Shown here piece by piece: positions 29,616 to 39,596 of a stretch of DNA of 64,000 nt; position 1 is the stretch's first letter; each line of letters begins with the position of its first letter. A program made the position numbers and the translations under genes. The notes beneath the pieces were generated by a model. That model did not search any database and was not told the origin of the DNA. It saw only the letters and a list, made by a program, of their open reading frames with translations. The DNA comes from an uncultured delta proteobacterium (GTDB lineage Bacteria; Myxococcota; Myxococcia; Myxococcales; Myxococcaceae): contig CAVZMH010000016.1 of assembly GCA_963776345.1 (NCBI GenBank), positions 704,001-768,000 of the forward strand, given 5' to 3'.

Positions 29616-30170
29616 ATGGCCGCCGTGCACGAGACGACATCCGCGCGCCGGGTCGCCCCCGGACTCGCGCAGCGGCGCCGCGCGGCTCTCCTCGCTCCCC
29701 TGCTCGCCCTCGGCCTGTCCGCCTGCGCCTCGTCGCGGAGCGAGTCGTCGGGAGGAGCGCCGGCGCCGGGCTCGGTCCCCGGCTTCGTCCGGACCGACGG
29801 GCCCTGCTGGGTGGGCGGCCGCATCACGCTCGACCCCTCGCTCCGGGCGCAGTCACCGGCTGACGAGCTGGCCAACCTGGGTTGCGACAACGTGGTGCTG
29901 GTGATGAAGACCGACGACGGGAGCACGAAGCTGGTGCATGCCGACGGCGTCCTCGCCGGCGGCTGGGGCGAGTGCCGCTACCAGGTCACCGACGTGCCTC
30001 CCGGCGGCGCCACCTTCTCCGGGAAGGTCGTCGCCCTCTCCATCCCCGACTACCGGTACGCGCTGGTCTCCAAGGTCGAGTTCAACGCGGTGAAGTGCGG
30101 CGGCTCCCTGGCCTCGCTGAACCAGCAGCTCGACTTCGTGCTCACGGTTCCGGACGTTCGGGGTCGCTGA
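29616..30170 (+). CDS. Hypothetical lipoprotein
   Basis: Lipobox LSAC after a hydrophobic stretch; strong GC3 bias; four additional Cys. Confidence 0.65.
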   Translation: MAAVHETTSARRVAPGLAQRRRAALLAPLLALGLSACASSRSESSGGAPAPGSVPGFVRTDGPCWVGGRITLDPSLRAQSPADELANLGCDNVVLVMKTDDGSTKLVHADGVLAGGWGECRYQVTDVPPGGATFSGKVVALSIPDYRYALVSKVEFNAVKCGGSLASLNQQLDFVLTVPDVRGR

Positions 30171-33100
30171 CCTTCTTCCGCTCCGCCCACGGCGTGAGCC
30201 AGTAGAGCATCCCGTTCACGTCGGAGATCGAGAGGGCGACGAAGAGGTCGTGGAAGCCGGAGAGCTGCCGGACGCCGATCGACACGCCCAGCCGGTCCTG
30301 CAGCATCGAGACGCCCACCTCGCCGCCCCAGTCGGTGCCGCCGTTCCAGTGGACCGCAAAGCGCGGGCCAGCGGAGAGGGTGAGGCCCGCGAGGTGCACC
30401 GCCGGGCGGATGCCGAACGTGGAGCTGGTCCGCTTCCCGAACTCGATGTCCACCAGCTGCAGCGTGGAGAGGACCGAGAAGTTCGGCCCGAGCCGGAGCG
30501 CCGGCTCGATCCACGACAGCGCCAGCCCTCCCTGCGCCACGTCCAGCGCGGACCGGTAGGGGATCAGGTGCGCCACCCAGATGGGCCACCTCGGGCCATC
30601 GGCCAGGGGCACGCTGGGGACGGTCGAGGGGTCGAGCGTGAAGCGCACCGAGGACCCGTTGACGTCGCCCCGGGTCCAGACCTCCCCGGCGGACATGGCG
30701 AAGAGGATCCCCTTGCGCAATCCGGTCGACGAGGGCGCCGCCGTGGTGAGCTCGATGGTCGTCGCGCGGTCGAGGCCCCGCTGCACGGTCTCTCGCCAGA
30801 ACCGGGCCCGGTCCTCCACCGCCAGCCGCATCGCGTGGGACTCGGGCGTGTATCCGGCCTGGGCGAGCGCGGTGAGAAACTCGTCGAAGGTGATGTCGGC
30901 GATGCAGAGCGCCTCCGTGTCGTGCTCGGTGCAGGGCGACTTCTGCGAGATCAGCACGTACCCCACGATGCCCAGCGATCCGAGCGCGCGCGGATCCTTC
31001 GACGGGCCGAGCCAGCTCCACTCCGGCATCGCCAGCACCTTCCCGGTCTGGGCGCTGCTCCCCAGCCACGCCCCGAGCTCGGCCCGGGCGAGCCAGGCGA
31101 CGAGCGTGGAGGCCTTCTCGGAACGCGGAATCCCGAGCAGCTCGGCGAGTTGGCCCATCGCCGCGCCGACGCACCGCTGGGTGTCGAGCTGGACCAGGTC
31201 CAGCTCCCAGCTGTTCACCTCCCGGACCGGCGCCGGACGCTTCCGGTCCGCCGGGTCCTGCTCCCGGCAGACGAAGACCGCCGCGGCGTGGAGCCCGTCG
31301 TAGATGCCGGCGTAGTAGTCGAACTCGCGCAGGGGCCGGTCCAGGAACCCGCCGAAGTTGACCAGCTGCGCGCCGGCGAGCGGGCTGAAGCGGGTGGACA
31401 GCCCGAGGGTCCGCTCCGCGGTGCCCTCCGAGAGCAGGGCGCGGGAGTCCTGCGCCACCTGCACCGTGTCCGCGGTGAGCGACTGGAGGCGAGGACGGAG
31501 CTGCACCAGCCGGTCCAGCCGCTGCCATGCGCGGAGCAGCGGCCCGTCCACCTCCGACGGCGGGACGTCGTCCAGCGCCGAGAGCAGCGGCAGGAGCCGG
31601 GGGATCCCGAACAGGGTGCCGGGTGGCTCGGTCCCGAGCTCGTCCAGCACCTGCCGCGCCTCTGCGGGGATGGTGCCCGGCCCGGAGCGGGCTGCCAGGG
31701 CGGCGAGCGCGTCCTCGAGCTGGGCCGCCGCCACCCGCGCCGAGGACGGCCCCAGCACCTCGCTCTGGGTGAGGGACCCGAGCACCTCCCGCCGGAGCTG
31801 GAGCAGTCGCGCCTCGGGCAGCTCGCCGTGGCTCAGGAGCCCGAGCTGCTCGGCGAGGTAGATCTCGAACAGCGAGATGACCTCCAGCCGCTCGGCCAGC
31901 GTGCGTCCCATCTCGATGCGCGAGCGCGGGCTGCTGGAGGGGTCCAGCATCCTTCGCTCCGCGCCCTGACGGGCAGGGCTGCTCGGGTTGCCGAAGGTCC
32001 GGCTCACCAGCGAGCCCAGATCGACGATCTCGGTCTCGGACAGCGGCTCGGTGGCGCGCGCCCGGACCGCCGGGTCCGACTCCAGCGGATCGGTGACCGC
32101 GTCTCCGCGGAAGAAGCCGGCGCACTGGCGGCCCAGCGCCTCCGAGGACCCGTCGAGCGGACGTGGCGCGAGCCGGATCAGGCAGCTCTGCAGCGTGCGG
32201 GCGAACCGGGCCCGCTCCGCGGGCGTGCCGTGGAGCGCAGGAGGAAGCACGGGGGTGGGCGGCGGACCGTCCAGGTCGAGCAGCTCGCCGAGGAGCTGGA
32301 TGTAGTCGCGGATGTGGCCCGAGGTGGTGAGCAGCAGCCGGCGGGTGGTGAAGTTCCAGCGGCCCGCCTGCGCGGCGCGGGACAGCTCGCGGTTGCGCGC
32401 GGTCTGGACCAGGTCGGCGGCGAAGGAGACGAGGGCACCCCCGCCGCGGAGGCTCCGGTCCCTCTCCTCCGGCCGCTTCGACGGCTGGAGCCGGCGGATG
32501 TCCGGATCCACGAACATCGCGGTGAGCGGCTTGAGCACCCCGGGGCGCCAGAACGCCTCGGACTGCTCGAGCGCCAGCCCGATGGGCGCGTTGTCGAACA
32601 CGCCGCCGTCCATGAAGCGCCGCATGCAGATCTTCAGCGAGCGGCCGCCCTGCGCCGCCGAGTGCGACTGACAGCTCAACCCGGTGAGGGGCGTGGCCTG
32701 CGGTCCCGGGCAGGTGCCCTCGGGCGCCTCGGGGTCCGGGCCACAATCGGCGGCGCACTCACAGAGGACGCGCGGGCGGAAGGCCACCGGGAACGCCGCC
32801 GAGGCGAGCAGCGACTGGAGCACCACCTCGGGGTGGACGCCCGTCTTGCCCATCTCGGCGACGTCGGCCAGCGCCAGCCGGCTCTCGGTGGCGTCGAGGG
32901 CGCTGGGCAGCGGCTGTCGCTCGAAGCGGACCTTTCCCCCCGGGTCGATGTCGAAGAACAGCGGGAGCACCGCGCGCTGCGAGGTGATGAGGAGCCCGCC
33001 CACGTCCTGCTCCAGCGGGTGGACGCGGGTGACGGTGAGACCCATCGGCAGCCGGCAGCGCGGCCTGAACTCCATCGCGCCCTGGAAGAGCGCCCGCCGG

Positions 33101-33525
33101 ATGTCGGTCAACACCGGCTCGAGCGCGGACGAGGCGAGCACCGCGTCGTCCGGCCGGTAGGCGCGCGGATCCTCGGGCAGGAGCGAGTCCAGCCCCACGT
33201 CCAGCCACGCGCTCCGGAGCAGGTTGTCGTCGATGCTGGAGCGCGCGGCGGAGGCATCGGTCTCGCAGTACAGCGCCGCGGCCAGCAGGGCGTTGACGCT
33301 CCCCGCCGACGCGCCGGTGACCCCCACCAGCCGTGGCCTGCGCCGGAGCAGCATCTCCCCCATCTGCGCGCGGAACACGCGCACCAGCGCCCAGTTCAGC
33401 CCGGCCTCGTAGCTGCCGAGGCTCACCCCTCCGCTGAGGGTGAGCGCGTAGCCGTCGTCCAGCCGGCTCCCATCCCTGTCCGGGGCCGCCGTCGTGAGAA
33501 GGGCGAGGGCGAGGGGCAGCACCAT
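30142..33525 (-). CDS. Large secreted patatin-like phospholipase with a beta-strand-rich C-terminus
   Basis: Signal peptide, SGGVSLGSY, GASAG and DGGVFDN; NFGGFLDRPLREFDY motif (DUF3376-like); amphipathic beta strands at the C-terminus. Confidence 0.8.
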   Translation of the reverse strand: MVLPLALALLTTAAPDRDGSRLDDGYALTLSGGVSLGSYEAGLNWALVRVFRAQMGEMLLRRRPRLVGVTGASAGSVNALLAAALYCETDASAARSSIDDNLLRSAWLDVGLDSLLPEDPRAYRPDDAVLASSALEPVLTDIRRALFQGAMEFRPRCRLPMGLTVTRVHPLEQDVGGLLITSQRAVLPLFFDIDPGGKVRFERQPLPSALDATESRLALADVAEMGKTGVHPEVVLQSLLASAAFPVAFRPRVLCECAADCGPDPEAPEGTCPGPQATPLTGLSCQSHSAAQGGRSLKICMRRFMDGGVFDNAPIGLALEQSEAFWRPGVLKPLTAMFVDPDIRRLQPSKRPEERDRSLRGGGALVSFAADLVQTARNRELSRAAQAGRWNFTTRRLLLTTSGHIRDYIQLLGELLDLDGPPPTPVLPPALHGTPAERARFARTLQSCLIRLAPRPLDGSSEALGRQCAGFFRGDAVTDPLESDPAVRARATEPLSETEIVDLGSLVSRTFGNPSSPARQGAERRMLDPSSSPRSRIEMGRTLAERLEVISLFEIYLAEQLGLLSHGELPEARLLQLRREVLGSLTQSEVLGPSSARVAAAQLEDALAALAARSGPGTIPAEARQVLDELGTEPPGTLFGIPRLLPLLSALDDVPPSEVDGPLLRAWQRLDRLVQLRPRLQSLTADTVQVAQDSRALLSEGTAERTLGLSTRFSPLAGAQLVNFGGFLDRPLREFDYYAGIYDGLHAAAVFVCREQDPADRKRPAPVREVNSWELDLVQLDTQRCVGAAMGQLAELLGIPRSEKASTLVAWLARAELGAWLGSSAQTGKVLAMPEWSWLGPSKDPRALGSLGIVGYVLISQKSPCTEHDTEALCIADITFDEFLTALAQAGYTPESHAMRLAVEDRARFWRETVQRGLDRATTIELTTAAPSSTGLRKGILFAMSAGEVWTRGDVNGSSVRFTLDPSTVPSVPLADGPRWPIWVAHLIPYRSALDVAQGGLALSWIEPALRLGPNFSVLSTLQLVDIEFGKRTSSTFGIRPAVHLAGLTLSAGPRFAVHWNGGTDWGGEVGVSMLQDRLGVSIGVRQLSGFHDLFVALSISDVNGMLYWLTPWAERKKVSDPERPEP

Positions 33526-33700
33526 GCGCGCGGACCGTAAGCCTTCCGGGTGGTCGGCCGGTCGACTTTCTTGCTCCTGTCCCGGTCGCACCTGCGCCAC
33601 CTTCGGCGCTGCGGCGAGCGCGTTCGGACCCGGGGTGCGGTGATCACCCCCGCCGCCGGGAGCACCACACCGCCGCACCCGTCCCGGGCCGCTGGCACGG

Positions 33701-34372
33701 GTGCTGCTCCGTAACCGGGGTGTGAGCGCCCATGCTGGCCCCGTGGTGGTGGTCGATACCTCTCCCGAGCGCCTCCGCGCGACGGTGGCGGTGCTCCGTC
33801 ACGTCTTCGGGCCCGCATCCGTCCGGGGAACCACGGATCCCGAGGACGCCGCGGCGTGGATCGCGTGCGAGCGCCCCTCCGTGCTCGTCACCTGCGCCGA
33901 CACCACGCACGCCTCGGGCGCGTCCCTGGTGGAAGAGTTGCGCGGTCGCTGGGGACCCGTGCCCGTGGTGCTGACCCACGGACCCTCGTCCAAGGTCCTG
34001 CTTCCCCCGGTGGCCCACCTCCCCGCCCCGGTCGATCCGGTGCGGTTGCGTGAGGAGGTCGGGCGCTGGGTTCCGGGCGCCGGCGCGGGCACCATCGCCA
34101 CCACGCTGCTGTCCGAGGTGATGGCGCTGTACGCCCGCGCCGGCCGAACCGGCGTGCTCGACGTCCGCTCCCCGGCGCGCACCGGCTCGGTCTGGTTCGA
34201 GGACGGCGACGTGGTGCACGCCGCCTGCGGGTCGCAGACGGGGAAGACCGCGCTGTTCGAGGTGCTGTGCTGGAACGAGGGGCGGTTCAGCTTCCGCGGC
34301 GGGCCGGCCCCCACGCGCTCGCTCTCCGGCACCGTCCCGGAGCTGCTGGCCCAGGCCGACGCCGTTCCCTGA
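33701..34372 (+). CDS. Degenerate receiver domain plus DUF4388 domain protein
   Basis: VVVVD..., PSVLVTC and PVDP; then RTGVLDV..GSVWFEDGDVVHA..G..ALFEVLCWNEGRFSF. Confidence 0.7.
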   Translation: MLLRNRGVSAHAGPVVVVDTSPERLRATVAVLRHVFGPASVRGTTDPEDAAAWIACERPSVLVTCADTTHASGASLVEELRGRWGPVPVVLTHGPSSKVLLPPVAHLPAPVDPVRLREEVGRWVPGAGAGTIATTLLSEVMALYARAGRTGVLDVRSPARTGSVWFEDGDVVHAACGSQTGKTALFEVLCWNEGRFSFRGGPAPTRSLSGTVPELLAQADAVP

Positions 34373-34375
34373 CCG

Positions 34376-34807
34376 TCACTTCCGAGGCTGGGCCATGGCC
34401 TCGGCGACGGGAAAGGTCATCGCGCCCTTCTCCACCCACCAGCTGAGCACCTCGACCTCCAGGCGTCCGGCCTTCACCGCCGGATCGTCCTGCGCCAGCC
34501 GGCGGGCCTCCTCGAGCGGCGCGCGGTAGACGCACAGCCCGCGGAGCCGCGGGTCCGCCTGGTCGTCGAACGGACCGGCGACCACCAGCTTCCCGGCCCG
34601 GGCCATCGAGGTCAGGTGTGCGAGGTGCTGTCGCTGGAGCGCCTCGGGGTCGGCGACCTTGGCGCCCCCGTTCGCCGGGCGCTTGAGGATCACCAGGGTG
34701 TAGCGCTCCATGTTGGGCGGCATCTCCGACCCGGCATCCGGAGCGGCCGGCCCCGCGCCGATCAGCAGACTCGCGAGGGCGACTCCCCACCACGCCTGTG
34801 GCTTCAT
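34376..34807 (-). CDS. YCII-related protein with signal peptide
   Basis: QHLAHL..GKLVVAGPF and DPAVKAGRL motifs. Confidence 0.8.
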   Translation of the reverse strand: MKPQAWWGVALASLLIGAGPAAPDAGSEMPPNMERYTLVILKRPANGGAKVADPEALQRQHLAHLTSMARAGKLVVAGPFDDQADPRLRGLCVYRAPLEEARRLAQDDPAVKAGRLEVEVLSWWVEKGAMTFPVAEAMAQPRK

Positions 34808-34946
34808 CTCACGTCCTCCGGTGCTGGCTTCCACCACACCTCATCCTGTCCACTTACCCGTGGGTCGAGGCAGGGCTGCAGCCGCCGTGACCATTGTCGC
34901 TGTGGATGGTGGGGGCTACGGTGCCCCGCCCCTGGAGGGACCGGAG

Positions 34947-35840
34947 ATGGAACGACGGTGCTGGCTCCTGCTGGCGGCGCTCGGCGCGGGTTGCGCGACG
35001 ACCCCGGCCCCGGTCGCCGCGACCTTCACCTACGCCCCGCCACCGGGGACGCGCTACGTGCGCACCGTCCGGGTGGTCACCGAGACCAGCCTGGTCGGCA
35101 GCCCCTTCCGGCAGAAGGAGGAGCGGGAGTTCGTCTGGAACGTGGGGTTCGCCCAGGAGGGAGACCGCACGGTCGTCACCCACCAGCTTCAGCGGGTGGC
35201 GCTCCGGGTCAACGACGCCGAGCTGCTCGACGGCGAGCGCGTCCCCGGGAGCGGCCTGTCGGTGGACCTGGTGGTGAGCCGCGAGGCGCGGGTGGTCGAG
35301 GTGCGTGGCGCGGAGCAGGCGGCCGCGGTTCTCTCCAGCCTGCTCCGTCCGGGGATGGAGCAGAGCTCGCTGGACCTGGTCACCCCGGAGCAGGTGAAGG
35401 AGCTGGCGGTGGCGCGCTTCGAGATGGTGGTCCGTGACGTGGTCGGTCACCCCACGGCGCCCGGCTCGAGCTGGGCCGCGGCCGACCCGGACCCGACGGT
35501 GCGCACCAAGACGTTGACCGTGGACCGCATCGAGCCCTGCGGTGCTGCCCGTTGCGCCCGGGTCAGCGCCCAGTACGAGGTGAACCCGAGGGCGGCGGCC
35601 CGCCGGGCGATGCGCTCCGCCGCAGCGTTCCTCGCCCGCAACGGCGTGAACCCGGCCCGGGCCGAGGTGCTGGACGCGAGCCTCGAGTACCGAGACGAGC
35701 TGCTGCTCGAGCCCGGGACGCTGGTGGACCACGCGGCCAGCTTCTCGGAGACGGCGCGGGTGACGTTCGCCGGGCCGCAGGGGGATCCGATCCCCGTCGA
35801 GTTCCGGAGCACGCTCGAGCAGAGCTCGACGTTCCCGTGA
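34947..35840 (+). CDS. Hypothetical lipoprotein
   Basis: GGAG RBS, MERRCWLLLAALGAGC lipobox, beta-rich mature part. Confidence 0.7.
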   Translation: MERRCWLLLAALGAGCATTPAPVAATFTYAPPPGTRYVRTVRVVTETSLVGSPFRQKEEREFVWNVGFAQEGDRTVVTHQLQRVALRVNDAELLDGERVPGSGLSVDLVVSREARVVEVRGAEQAAAVLSSLLRPGMEQSSLDLVTPEQVKELAVARFEMVVRDVVGHPTAPGSSWAAADPDPTVRTKTLTVDRIEPCGAARCARVSAQYEVNPRAAARRAMRSAAAFLARNGVNPARAEVLDASLEYRDELLLEPGTLVDHAASFSETARVTFAGPQGDPIPVEFRSTLEQSSTFP

Positions 35841-35913
35841 CCGGCGCGCCGGAGCCGGCTCCGCGTGAGCCGGAGCGGGTCGAGCTGTCCACCGGCTGGG
35901 CGGACGTCGCAGG

Positions 35914-36140
35914 TCACGACGGGTCGCGCCGGTAGCAGATGTCCCCGGTGCCGCCGAGGATGCAGAGCCGCTCCGACCAGGTCCGCCCGTCCTTGCTCTC
36001 CTGCTCCAGCCGGAACGGACCGCCGTCGGGAGTGCCCCGGTCCGGGGTGAGGGTGAAGCTCGCGCCCTTCACCACCCACGCGCCGTCACCGCGGAAGCCG
36101 GACCCAGGACCCCGACCATCAGGACGAGCAGGCGTGTCAT
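35914..36140 (-). pseudogene. Small secreted-protein gene remnant or frameshifted CDS
   Basis: GGAGGG RBS and MTRLLVLMVGVLG signal-like start at 36140, out of frame with SGFRGDGAWVVKG...LC...CYRRDPS. Confidence 0.4.
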
Positions 36141-36235
36141 CGGCCCTCCGCTGACCCCGGGGAGCCTGCCACCGGCGGGGCCCCGGCGGCCAGGCGCGAC
36201 GACGAGACGCTCTCCGGCCTAGGCTTTCGGCCCGC

Positions 36236-36862
36236 GTGCGGCGCGAGGACCGACTTCCGCTCATCCTGCTGGGGGTCGACCTCGTGGCCCTCGTCGTCTC
36301 CGGCATCCAGCCGAAGGACCGACTGACGTGGTGGCTCGAGGTGGCGCCGTTCCTCCTCGCACTGCCGGTGCTGCTCCTGACCTACCGCCGGTTTCGCTTC
36401 ACCGACCTGGTCTACGTCCTCGTCGCCGTGCACGGCTGCGTGCTCTTCCTCGGCGGGCACTACACCTACGCCGAGGTCCCGCTCGGCGTCTGGGCGCAGC
36501 GGGTGTTCGGGCTCGTCCGCAACGACTACGACCGGGTGGGGCACTTCTTCCAGGGCTTCGTCCCCGCGCTGGTCACCCGCGAGGTGCTGCTCCGCAGGAC
36601 GCCGCTGCGGCCTGGAGGCTGGCTCGCGGTGCTGGTGGTGTCGGTGTGCCTCGCGGGCAGCGCGCTGTACGAGCTGGTCGAGTGGGGCGCGGCGGTGACG
36701 CTGCACCAGGGCGCCGAGGCGTTCCTCGGGACCCAGGGCGACCCGTGGGACACGCAGGAGGACATGGCGACGGCGCTGGTGGGAGCCATCGTCGCCCTGC
36801 TCTCGCTCTCGCGATGGCACGACCGGCAGCTCGCCGCGCTCGGCAACGGCGCCCCGGCTTGA
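36236..36862 (+). CDS. DUF2238 (YjdF-like) inner membrane protein
   Basis: TWWLE, GGHYTYAEVP, RNDYDRVGHF, YELVEW and FLGTQGDPWDTQEDM. Confidence 0.9.
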   Translation: MRREDRLPLILLGVDLVALVVSGIQPKDRLTWWLEVAPFLLALPVLLLTYRRFRFTDLVYVLVAVHGCVLFLGGHYTYAEVPLGVWAQRVFGLVRNDYDRVGHFFQGFVPALVTREVLLRRTPLRPGGWLAVLVVSVCLAGSALYELVEWGAAVTLHQGAEAFLGTQGDPWDTQEDMATALVGAIVALLSLSRWHDRQLAALGNGAPA

Positions 36863-36987
36863 CGTCCTCGGGGGACTCCCGTTCGCCGCGCCTTCGACGT
36901 GACCCGCTGCACGATCGCAGCGAACCCACCTTCTCTCGATGCGAGCCGGAGCCTCCGTCGATCCGGGCGGCGATAGCGTCGCGGCGT

Positions 36988-37727
36988 ATGATCCTCTCCA
37001 CCGGCTCGCGCCGAAGTCGTCCTCGAGCGCTCCTGACCTCGACGGCCGTCCTCCTCGGCGGCTGCGCGGCGGTGTCGCCCCGGGTTCCGGGGCCTCGGCG
37101 GGGACCGGGAACGCCGTCGTCGTGCCACTCGAGTCCGGCGAGGGTCTCGAGCTCCTCGGCGCGCGGGCGGAGCCGGTGACCTACCAGGGACGGCGGGCGA
37201 TCCGCCTGGAACCGCTCGAGGGCGCGGCGCCGGGCAAGGCTTCGCTGGCGATCGTCCGTGACCTCCAGCTCGCAGATGGCGAGATGGAGCTCGAGGTCGC
37301 CGGAGCGCCTCGTCCGGGAGAGCGCGCGGACATGCGCGGCTTCATCGGACTCGCCTTTCATGTCTCCCCGGATGGCTCTCGCTACGAGAACCTGTACCTG
37401 CGGCCGAGCAACGGCCGCGCCGAGGACCAGCTCCGCCGCAATCATGCAGTCCAGTACCAGTCGTCGCCGGACTTCAGCTGGAAGCGGCTGCGCGACGAGA
37501 GCCCGGGGCAGTACGAGTCGTACGTGGACCTCCAGCCCGGCGTGTGGACGAGGATGCGGGTCAAGGTCTCGGGCACGCGCGCCGAGCTCTACGTCGACGG
37601 CGCCGAGCAGCCGAGCCTCATCGTGCGCGACCTGAAGCTCGGGGTGACGGGCGGCAGGGTGGCTCTCTGGACGGACCCGACGACCGAGGCCTACTTCCGC
37701 GACCTCCGGGTGCGCCGGGCGCGCTGA
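36988..37727 (+). CDS. Lipoprotein with a ConA/DUF1080-like beta-sandwich; apparent frameshift at the C4 run 37078-37081
   Basis: The lipobox LLGGC is in one frame; the mature domain GFIGLAF..YENLYLRPSNGRAEDQLRRNHAVQY is in ORF 36939..37727. Confidence 0.7.
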
Positions 37728-37960
37728 CCGCCGCCTGCGACCCCGTCCAGCCCGGCGTGTGGACGAGGATGCGGGTCAAGGTCTCGGGCACGCGCGCCGA
37801 GCTCTACGTCGACGACGCCGAGCAGCCGAGCCTCATCGTGCGCGACCTGAAGCTCGGGGTGACGGGCGGCAGGGTGGCTCTCTGGACGGACCCCACCACC
37901 GAGGCCTACTTCCGCGACCTCCGGGTACGCCGGGCGCGCTGACCGCCGCCCGCGACTCCG
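37531..37960. repeat. 215-bp tandem duplication of the gene 3' end (two copies, 6 substitutions)
   Basis: 37531-37745 aligns with 37746-37960; CCAGCCC microhomology at the junctions. Confidence 0.93.
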
Positions 37961-38126
37961 CCAGCCCACGGAACGGGTCCGGCCCGGTCGGTCGTCGAGG
38001 TTCGCCGGGTCGACCCTGACTCCGCTCCCGCGCTCCGCCCGGGGCGATCCGCAACCGTGCTGCGCCGCGGCGGCGCGCTAGGATTCGTCCCCTTCAGCCA
38101 GCGCGACGAAGGAGCGCGTTCCCGCC

Positions 38127-39596
38127 GTGGCCGAGTGGATTCCAGCCCTGTTCCTCGACCCCCGGAGCGAGGATCCGGTCTATCTGCAGATCGCCCACGC
38201 GCTGATGAAGGAGATTCACCGCGGCCGCTTCCGGCCCGGAGATTCGCTGCCTGGCTACCGCACCCTGGCCGAGCAGCTGGGGGTGAGCCGCAACACGGTC
38301 ATGTCGGCGTACCACGAGCTCCAGGTCGAGGGCTGGGTGGTCTCCGCGCCCGGTGAAGGGAGCGCGGTGGCGCGGAGACTCCCCGCGCATCTTCCTGGGC
38401 GGCTGCAGTCCCGGAACGAGGTGCCAAAGGCCGGCTCCGGGGCCATCGGCTTCACCCTCGGGCCCGAGCCGGCGCCGCCCACGGCGGGAGGCCGCAGCGG
38501 GATGCTCGAGGTGGCGAGCGGCGTCCCCGACCCGACGGCTCCTCCCGGGCGCGGCCCTCGCCCGCGCCTACCGGCGGGCGATCCTCCGGACCAAGGGCGG
38601 CCCGCAGAGCGGCGACCCCCAGGGTCAGCCGCAGCTCCGCGAGGCCCTCTCCCGGATGCTGAGGAACACCCGGGCCATCTCCGCGGCGCCGGAGCGGATC
38701 TTCATCGCCCGGGGCAGCCAGATGGCGCTGTTCCTCGTGGCGCAGGCGCTGGTCACCCCCGGGGACACCGTCGCGGTCGAGGCGCTGGGGGCACGGCGGG
38801 CCTGGGACGCCTTCGTCCGTGCCGGCGCGCGCTGTCTCCCGGTGGCCATCGACGAGCAGGGCCTCCAGCCGGAGGCCCTGGAGGCGCTGCTCGGCGAGAC
38901 GCCGGTGCGCGCGGTGTTCGTCACCCCGCAGCGGCAGTACCCCACCCTGGCCGTCCTCTCCGCGGAGCGCCGCGCGGGCTGCTTCAGCTCGCCACCACCC
39001 ACCGCTTCGCGATCATCGAGATGGACCCCGACTCCGAGTTCCACTTCGATGGCCGGCCGCAGGCGCCGCTGGCGGCCAAGGACGCGGCGCAGGTGGTGGT
39101 CCACGTGGGGACGCTGTCCAAGATCTTCAGCCCCGATCTCCGGCTGGGCTTCGTGGTCGGCCCGGCGCCGCTCCTGACCCGCATGAACGCCCTCCGCGCC
39201 ACCTACGACCGGCACGGCGACCCGGTGCTCGAGCGCGCCATGGCCGAGCTGATGGAGGATGGCGAGCTGCAGCGGCACCTGAACCGGATGGACCGGGTGT
39301 ACCGGAGCCGCCGCGACGCGCTCCTGGCGGGGCTGGCCGAGGCGATGGGCGACACGCTGACCATCGTTCCTCCCACCGGCGGCCTGGCCATCTGGGCGCA
39401 CGTCCGGGCCGCGGTGGACGTCGACGCCTGGGCCGCGCGAGCGCTGGAGCGCGGGGTCTCCTTCCAGCCGGGGCGACGCTTCTCCTTCGACGGGAGCGCC
39501 GTGCCGGGGCTCCGGCTCGGCTTCTCCAACTACCCGGAGCCGGAGCTCCAGGAGGTCGCCCGGCGGATGCGCTCGGCCCTGGAGGATCTCCGGTGA
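38127..39596 (+). CDS. MocR/GabR family regulator (GntR HTH plus PLP aminotransferase-like domain); two compensating frameshifts
   Basis: LPGYRTLAEQLGVSRNTV HTH and GTLSKIFSPDLRLG. The middle part (RGSQMALFL, FVTPQRQYPT) lies in ORF 38353..39177, between about 38535 and 38978. Confidence 0.85.
   Translation: MAEWIPALFLDPRSEDPVYLQIAHALMKEIHRGRFRPGDSLPGYRTLAEQLGVSRNTVMSAYHELQVEGWVVSAPGEGSAVARRLPAHLPGRLQSRNEVPKAGSGAIGFTLGPEPAPPTAGGRSGMLEVASGVPDPTAPPGRGPRPRLPAGDPPDQGRPAERRPPGSAAAPRGPLPDAEEHPGHLRGAGADLHRPGQPDGAVPRGAGAGHPRGHRRGRGAGGTAGLGRLRPCRRALSPGGHRRAGPPAGGPGGAARRDAGARGVRHPAAAVPHPGRPLRGAPRGLLQLATTHRFAIIEMDPDSEFHFDGRPQAPLAAKDAAQVVVHVGTLSKIFSPDLRLGFVVGPAPLLTRMNALRATYDRHGDPVLERAMAELMEDGELQRHLNRMDRVYRSRRDALLAGLAEAMGDTLTIVPPTGGLAIWAHVRAAVDVDAWAARALERGVSFQPGRRFSFDGSAVPGLRLGFSNYPEPELQEVARRMRSALEDLR

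Noticed and set aside
30250..33540. Long antisense ORFs (e.g. 30250..33540, 20451..23261, 27691..29904, 1556..3322)
   Set aside because: They are shadows of real genes on the other strand, as expected in very high-GC DNA, and have no motifs.
37740..37942. Second DUF1080-like gene
   Set aside because: It is only the duplicated 3' end, with no convincing RBS or N-terminal domain.
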